This document shows, piece by piece, positions 58,454 to 64,000 of a stretch of 64,000 nt of DNA (the first letter of the stretch is position 1; each line of letters starts with the position of its first letter). The notes beneath the pieces are model-generated. The model saw nothing but the letters and a program-made list of their open reading frames with translations, was not told the DNA's origin and made no database searches. This DNA is from Leptonemataceae bacterium (GTDB lineage: Bacteria > Spirochaetota > Leptospiria > Leptospirales > Leptonemataceae), in the NCBI GenBank assembly GCA_965227295.1, contig OZ245742.1, forward strand, positions 5,568,001-5,632,000, in the 5' to 3' direction. A program made the translations under genes and the position numbers.

Positions 58454-59962
58454 ATGAGCCACATTCGATTCAAAGCCCCTGAATATCAGGCCGACGGATC
58501 CTTCGTCGAAACGCAGTACGAGTACGAAGGCGACGAACAATCCGGCTGGGTCATCCGCCGCAACGACGAGGAGTTCGATCGCCTGGGCCCCGGTTACACG
58601 CCGGTAGACTCGCTCTACTGCGGCGTTTGCTCCACCGACCTGGCCCGGCGATTCCTGCCGTACCCCCTGCCCCAGATCATCGGACACGAGGTCGTGGGTA
58701 TGAAGGACGGCAAGCCGGTCGTCGTGGAAATCAATGCGTCGCACCTGGCCCGCGGCATCGCCGATCAAGACGATCCCTACAACAGCACCATGCATACGCA
58801 CGACCCGCGTCGCATTACCCTGGGCATCGATCGTTTGCCCGGTGGTTTTGCACCGGTGTTACTGGCTCCGGTCGATGCGGTCATTCCGGTACCGGACAAC
58901 GTGCATCCGTTGGTGGCGTCGCTCACGGAACCCTTTGCCGCGGCATTGCAGGGCGTCGAAGCCACGCATCCGCGCCCGGGTGATCGTGTGGCGGTACTCG
59001 GACCGCGTCGCCTGGGTTCGCTGATCATCGCGGCCCTGGCCGGCTTTCGCAAGAAGACCGGCATCGACTTTGAAATCATCGGCGTGGCGCGCCACGATCA
59101 TCTCCTGGAACTCTGCAAGGAACTCGGCGCGGACACCGTCGTAAACAACGCGAAGGTTTCCGCCGAAGAACTGAACGGCGCCTTCGACATCGTCTTCGAT
59201 ACCACGGGCAAACCGCCGGGTTTCGCGGCGGCCCTGGCCATGACCAGGCGCGTGTTGCATCTGAAATCGACGAACGGCCAGGAGGTGATGGGCCTCGCCC
59301 ATCTTACGGACATGGTCGTCGACGAGATCGCGCTGTTGCCGTACACCACCGGAAACCTGGACTACACCTGGCCGACGGAGCAAGATCCGCGGCGCAACCT
59401 GAACGTCTACGTGGCGCCGGGTGTCGGCGACGACGTCGTAAACGAGGCAAGCACGGCTTCGCAAGAATCCGGCCGGGAGCGTAACTTCCATCGCCTGGAG
59501 GTTAGTGAGGCGGAAGCGAAGATCGGCAGCGCCGTGGAAGAGAGCGAACGCAAGCACGTCTGGAAGACGGAGTATCCGCCCGCGTCCCCGTTTCCGCGCT
59601 TCGATCTGGCCCTGGCGTCGAACCTCGGCGAGGTGGACCGCATCGTGCGGCCGACGCCCGGCAAAGAGTTTTCGATTTTGCGCGCCCGCGGGGCGGTTTT
59701 GCTCACGAAACCGGCGAACGGCAGCTACGACTCGGAACTACATCGCGCGGTGGTGGAGCGCGGTATCGAAATTCATACGTCCCGCTGCGGCGACTTCGTG
59801 CGCGCCCTGGACATTCTCAAAGACAACCCGCAGATCACCGCGGCGCTGGAAAAGCATTTGATCACGCATCGTTTCCCGCTGGGAGAGATCGAGGCGGCCT
59901 TCACGACGGCGGCGGATTCGGAGAAGAGCGTAAAGGTGATTGTGGAGACGGGGAAGAAGTAA
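58454..59962 (+). CDS. Zinc-binding alcohol dehydrogenase (MDR)-like protein with large insertion
   Basis: CGVCSTDL, IIGHEVV, LTEPFAAALQG, FDIVFDTTG, LITHRFPL..I..AF. Confidence 0.85.
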   Translation: MSHIRFKAPEYQADGSFVETQYEYEGDEQSGWVIRRNDEEFDRLGPGYTPVDSLYCGVCSTDLARRFLPYPLPQIIGHEVVGMKDGKPVVVEINASHLARGIADQDDPYNSTMHTHDPRRITLGIDRLPGGFAPVLLAPVDAVIPVPDNVHPLVASLTEPFAAALQGVEATHPRPGDRVAVLGPRRLGSLIIAALAGFRKKTGIDFEIIGVARHDHLLELCKELGADTVVNNAKVSAEELNGAFDIVFDTTGKPPGFAAALAMTRRVLHLKSTNGQEVMGLAHLTDMVVDEIALLPYTTGNLDYTWPTEQDPRRNLNVYVAPGVGDDVVNEASTASQESGRERNFHRLEVSEAEAKIGSAVEESERKHVWKTEYPPASPFPRFDLALASNLGEVDRIVRPTPGKEFSILRARGAVLLTKPANGSYDSELHRAVVERGIEIHTSRCGDFVRALDILKDNPQITAALEKHLITHRFPLGEIEAAFTTAADSEKSVKVIVETGKK

Positions 59963-59970
59963 GATTTTTT

Positions 59971-60139
59971 ACTCCGAGGACCGAGGTACCGAGTATTTTT
60001 GGGAGCGGCCTCGTAGTGTGAAAGCAAGCAGGTAATGATATCGATTTTCTTACAGGCTTAAGACAGCTTGCTTAGCCTGCCCGCGTGGAGAGTGATCCCA
60101 TCTCCATCGTCTTCTCCTCGGTACCTCGGTCCTCGGAGT
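59971..60139. repeat. MITE/REPIN-like element with 23-bp perfect terminal inverted repeats
   Basis: ACTCCGAGGACCGAGGTACCGAG (59971-59993) and its exact reverse complement (60117-60139), between convergent genes. Confidence 0.8.
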
Positions 60140-60144
60140 CAACC

Positions 60145-60831
60145 CTACTCTTTGACCCGGTAACCAATGCCGCGGACCGTTTCGATCAGCTTGCCCTGCT
60201 CGCCGAGTTTTTGTCGCAGGCCGACGATGAGTACGTCCACCGATCTTGCGGTAACGGGAGTCTCCTGGCCGTGGATGGCCTCGACGATTTGATTGCGGGT
60301 GAAAACCCAGCCCGGCCGGCGGCAAAAGAGATGCATGATGCGAAACTCACTGCGGGTGAGATTCAGCAACTCGTCCTTATAGCGCACTTCCACCCGGCGC
60401 GGATCGATGGTAAACTCGTCGTACTGGACGACGGAGTCCTCGTCCTCGGGCTGCTCCTGACGCCGTCGCAGCACGGCCCGGACGCGCGCGAGGAGAACGC
60501 GGGAACTGAACGGCTTCGTGACATAGTCGTCTCCGCCGAGTTCCAGGCCGGTGACGATGTCCGCCTCGTCGTCTCGCGATGACAGCATGAGCAGGCCGAC
60601 GCCGTTCATCGAAGAGTCGTTCTTCAGTTTTTTGCAGATTTCCAGGCCGTCCATGTCCGGCAGAATGAGATCCAGGATGAGCAGGTCGGGCCGCTCGTTT
60701 TTCAGGAGATCCAGGGCCTCTTTGCCCGTGGTGGCGGGGCGGATGTCGTAGCCGTTTTTCTGCAGGTTTTCAGTTACGAGCCGGATGATATCGGGATCGT
60801 CGTCTACGATGATAATTTTCTCTTTCGCCAT
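60145..60831 (-). CDS. OmpR/PhoB-family response regulator
   Basis: IIIVDDD, PDLLILDLILP, GGDDYVTKPF, LTRSEF, RSVDV.I..LR.KL, IETVRGIGYR. Confidence 0.95.
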   Translation of the reverse strand: MAKEKIIIVDDDPDIIRLVTENLQKNGYDIRPATTGKEALDLLKNERPDLLILDLILPDMDGLEICKKLKNDSSMNGVGLLMLSSRDDEADIVTGLELGGDDYVTKPFSSRVLLARVRAVLRRRQEQPEDEDSVVQYDEFTIDPRRVEVRYKDELLNLTRSEFRIMHLFCRRPGWVFTRNQIVEAIHGQETPVTARSVDVLIVGLRQKLGEQGKLIETVRGIGYRVKE

Positions 60832-61081
60832 CCGCCGGTATGCCGTGAACGCGAGATCGAAAACTCGCGCAGATTGTTCGATATTTGGTGGCGGGGGGGC
60901 ATTTGCCAATCAAAAATCCTCGGCCGCGCTCATCCCTACCGCGACTGGAAATTGGTTGCTGGCAGCCCGTCCGGCAAAATGCTTGCGGCAGCCCGCGCCG
61001 ACCCTGCAACTTTTTTCTATAATGAGTACATGAGCGCGGACGCGCTGCGCCTCCGGTCGGAGGCTACGAGGATTGACTATC

Positions 61082-63016
61082 ATGAGCGTTCAAACGGCCA
61101 TCAATTTGAAAAAATCGGACGGTTCGGTCGTAACCATCGAAACCGAAGACGGCGACGTTCGAGCGACTCACTTCGCGAAGAAAATCAAGAAAGACCTGAA
61201 CGGCGCGCCGGTTGTGGCACGGATCAACGGCAAGTTGCGCGATTTGAGCACGCCCCTGTCCGACGGCGACACGGTCGAAATCTTCACATTCCACGACGAC
61301 GCCGGCCGGCATACGTTCTGGCACTCGTCAGCGCACATCCTCGCCCAGGCCGTTAAACGCCTGTACCCGGACGCGAAGCCGACGATCGGCCCGGCCATCG
61401 ACGAGGGTTTCTTCTACGATTTCGCCGACCTGCACGTGTCCGAGGAAGATTTTCCGAAGATCGAAGCCGAGATTCAGAAAATCATCAAAGAACGCATTAC
61501 GCCGGAACGGGTGGAGTTCACCGACGAAAAAGAAGCCCGCAAGGCCTTCGGGGACAATCCGTACAAGTCCGAGATCATCGGCGCGAAAGAGGAAACGCTC
61601 TCGGCCTACCGCCAGGGAGACTTCATCGACCTCTGCACGGGGCCGCACATTCCCAACACGCAAATCGTACAGGGATTTAAGTTACTCAAGACGTCGGGGG
61701 CCTACTGGCGCGGCGACGCGAACAACGATCAGCTCACGCGCATCTACGGCATATCTTTCCCTGACAAGAAGCTACTGAAAGAATATTTGCATCGCGTAGA
61801 AGAGGCGAAGAAACGCGACCACCGCGTGGTGGGCCGCAAGCTGGATCTTTTTTCATTCCAGGAAGTGGCGCCGGGCATGCCGTTCTTTCATCCGAAGGGC
61901 ATGGCGGTGCGCGACGAACTCATTCGCCTGCTGAACGAACAGCACCGGGACGACGGTTACATTGAAATCAAAACGCCGGTGATGCTCGGCCAGGAACTCT
62001 GGGAGACCTCCGGTCACTGGGACTACTACCGTGAGAACATGTACACGTCCGAGGTGGAGGAACGCCAGTTCGCCATCAAACCCATGAACTGCCCGGGCTG
62101 CATGTTGTTCTACAAGAACGCCCAGTACAGCTATCGTCAGTTTCCGCTGCGCGTCGCCGAGATCGGCCACGTGCATCGTCACGAAATGTCCGGCGCGCTG
62201 TCGGGATTGTTCCGCGTGAGATCGTTTCACCAGGATGACGCGCACATCTTCATGGAGCCGTCGCAGATCAAGAGCGAGATCCAGGGCGTGCTGCGTCTGG
62301 CCGAGCGGGTCTATGCCTCGTTCGGACTGGAGTATCACTTAGAACTTTCCACGCGGCCGGAAAAGAGCATCGGCACGGACGAACAGTGGCAGGCGGCGGA
62401 GACGGCTCTCGAAGAGGCGCTGAAAGAAGGCGGCTACGAATTCAAACTGAACCCGGGCGACGGCGCGTTCTACGGACCGAAGATCGACATCCACATTAAG
62501 GATGCCATCGGCCGGACCTGGCAGTGCGGCACGATCCAGCTGGACATGTTCTTACCGGAGCGCTTCGATCTGCTCTACGACGCGAAGGACGGCCAGAAGT
62601 ACCGGCCCATCATGGTTCACCGCGCCATATACGGCAGCATCGAGCGTTTTATGGGCATCATCATCGAGCACTACGCCGGGCGCTTCCCGCTGTGGCTCTC
62701 GCCCGTGCAGATTCAGTTCTTAAGCGTCGCCGATCGCCACGCCGACCGCGTGCACGAATTGCACAAACAATTCCTGAACGCAGGTTTGCGTTCGGCCGTG
62801 GACATCAGCGGCGAGGGCGTACCGAAAAAAGTACGCAACGCGCAGGTCGCCCAGGCGAACTACATCGCGGTCATCGGCGATCAGGAAATCGAAAGCGGCA
62901 AACTCACGATCCGCACGCGCGCCGGGGACGTCCTGGAAGAACGCGACATCGACGACGTCATCGCGACTATGAAACGCGAGTACGACGAACGATCGTCCGA
63001 GGCGTTGCTGAAGTAG
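61082..63016 (+). CDS. thrS: Threonine--tRNA ligase
   Basis: TGS domain, WHSSAHILAQA, DLCTGPH, KPMNCPG, FRVRSFHQDDAH, GAFYGPKID, MVHRAIYGSIERF. Confidence 0.98.
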   Translation: MSVQTAINLKKSDGSVVTIETEDGDVRATHFAKKIKKDLNGAPVVARINGKLRDLSTPLSDGDTVEIFTFHDDAGRHTFWHSSAHILAQAVKRLYPDAKPTIGPAIDEGFFYDFADLHVSEEDFPKIEAEIQKIIKERITPERVEFTDEKEARKAFGDNPYKSEIIGAKEETLSAYRQGDFIDLCTGPHIPNTQIVQGFKLLKTSGAYWRGDANNDQLTRIYGISFPDKKLLKEYLHRVEEAKKRDHRVVGRKLDLFSFQEVAPGMPFFHPKGMAVRDELIRLLNEQHRDDGYIEIKTPVMLGQELWETSGHWDYYRENMYTSEVEERQFAIKPMNCPGCMLFYKNAQYSYRQFPLRVAEIGHVHRHEMSGALSGLFRVRSFHQDDAHIFMEPSQIKSEIQGVLRLAERVYASFGLEYHLELSTRPEKSIGTDEQWQAAETALEEALKEGGYEFKLNPGDGAFYGPKIDIHIKDAIGRTWQCGTIQLDMFLPERFDLLYDAKDGQKYRPIMVHRAIYGSIERFMGIIIEHYAGRFPLWLSPVQIQFLSVADRHADRVHELHKQFLNAGLRSAVDISGEGVPKKVRNAQVAQANYIAVIGDQEIESGKLTIRTRAGDVLEERDIDDVIATMKREYDERSSEALLK

Positions 63017-63022
63017 GAAGAA

Positions 63023-63041
63023 TTGACTCCGAGGGCCGAGG
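63023..63041 (+). repeat. Third, partial copy of the CCGAGG-based repeat
   Basis: TTGACTCCGAGGGCCGAGG matches the reverse complement of 60124-60142 at 18 of 19 positions; lies just after the thrS stop. Confidence 0.6.
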
Positions 63042-63181
63042 GGTCTCGGCGTAACGGACCTCCGGGATGCCGGTAGTGGAAGCCGCGCGATGATTTCAAA
63101 AAAGAGTATGCCGCGCGTGCGCCGGACTTGCTGTTGCCCTGAAACAGGGGCGGTGCCCGGGGCACCCCCGACCGGTGTTGT

Positions 63182-64000
63182 ATGCCACGTAACGTTCGCG
63201 GCCTGCGGGCCTATCTTCTCTGCGTGCTCACGGCTTCCGTAAGTTGTTTGCGCCCGGACTGCGCGTCATCCGACGCTTTCTGTCGCCCGGAAGCCTGGCT
63301 TACGTATCTCCTGGTTCCTCTAAGCCTGGCCCTGGATCCCAATCTGTTGCCGATCACTCCATTCCAGCCGACCAACGGCCGGGTGCAATCGTTTCAAAAG
63401 ATCAGCAGCCTGGCGGGCGGATTCACCGGCTCCCTGGACGACGGTGACCGCTTCGGTGCTTCGACGGCGGCCCCCGGCGATTTCGACGGCGACGGCATCC
63501 AGGACGTGGCCGTGGGCAGCTATTTCGACGATGACGGCGGACTCAACCGCGGCGCAGTGTACATCCTCTTCCTGAACGCCGACGGCACCGTGAAAGGCCG
63601 GCAAAAGATCAGCAACACGGCGGGGAACTTTACGGCGCCCCTCCCGGACAACGGTTTGTTCGGCGGTTCCGTCACCTTTCTGAACGACATGGACGGCGAC
63701 GGCGTGGCCGAAGTCGCCGTCGGAGCGCCGGAGGACAACGACGGTGGAGCCGCCCGCGGCGCGGTGTACATCCTGTTCTTGAACGCGAACGGCACGGTGA
63801 AATCATATCAAAAAATCAGCGATACCCAGAGCAACTTCCTCGGCACGCTGCAGGACTTCGATCGCTTCGGTTCCGCGCTGGCTTCGCCCGGTGATCTGGA
63901 CGGCGACGGCGTGCCGGACATCGTCACCAGCGTGCCCTTCGACGACGACGGCGGTTCCGCGCGCGGGGCTCTACAGGTCCTGTTTCTGAACGCGAACGGC
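63182..64000 (+). CDS. FG-GAP repeat lipoprotein, 5' part (runs off the window)
   Basis: ATG 63182, lipobox SVSC, repeated QKIS...D.D.FG.S....GD.DGDG..D..VG...DDDGG..RGAVYILFLNA.GTVK; frame open to the end of the window. Confidence 0.88.
   Translation, partial: MPRNVRGLRAYLLCVLTASVSCLRPDCASSDAFCRPEAWLTYLLVPLSLALDPNLLPITPFQPTNGRVQSFQKISSLAGGFTGSLDDGDRFGASTAAPGDFDGDGIQDVAVGSYFDDDGGLNRGAVYILFLNADGTVKGRQKISNTAGNFTAPLPDNGLFGGSVTFLNDMDGDGVAEVAVGAPEDNDGGAARGAVYILFLNANGTVKSYQKISDTQSNFLGTLQDFDRFGSALASPGDLDGDGVPDIVTSVPFDDDGGSARGALQVLFLNANG

Noticed and set aside
60145..60831. Assigning the symbol phoB
   Set aside because: The OmpR/PhoB family is clear, but no cognate kinase or pst genes are present in the window to fix the orthology.

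Overview
A GC-rich bacterial chromosomal window, inferred to be from a Leptospiraceae-like spirochete. The inference rests on a DUF3332-like protein, a phasin-like protein, a 7TMR-DISM cyclase, membrane-anchored AraC regulators and many lipoproteins. Housekeeping genes include groES-groEL with CIRCE-like operators, lhr, zupT, purK-purE, ada, gcvT-gcvH, thrS and LPS glycosyltransferases. The accessory loci most worth follow-up are: (1) a two-gene operon of a stand-alone TIR protein plus a 1065-aa TIR / HEPN-like / RelE-like / SF1-helicase fusion, a candidate undescribed anti-phage system; (2) a low-GC DUF6338-like membrane protein with an unannotated 51-aa GYQP-repeat peptide downstream of groEL; (3) a mosaic ~340-bp tandem repeat array that appears non-coding; (4) a 2192-aa secreted SpvB/FG-GAP/RHS protein with a membrane/lipobox-like insert inside the RHS core and no adjacent immunity gene; (5) several genes collapsed by internal deletions (phoD, arsR-SRPBCC, a CocE/NonD hydrolase, possibly a beta-barrel gene); (6) a 23-bp perfect inverted-repeat element. 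No rRNA, tRNA, CRISPR array, transposase or integrase was recognised. All family assignments come from motif recognition by eye, not from database searches.
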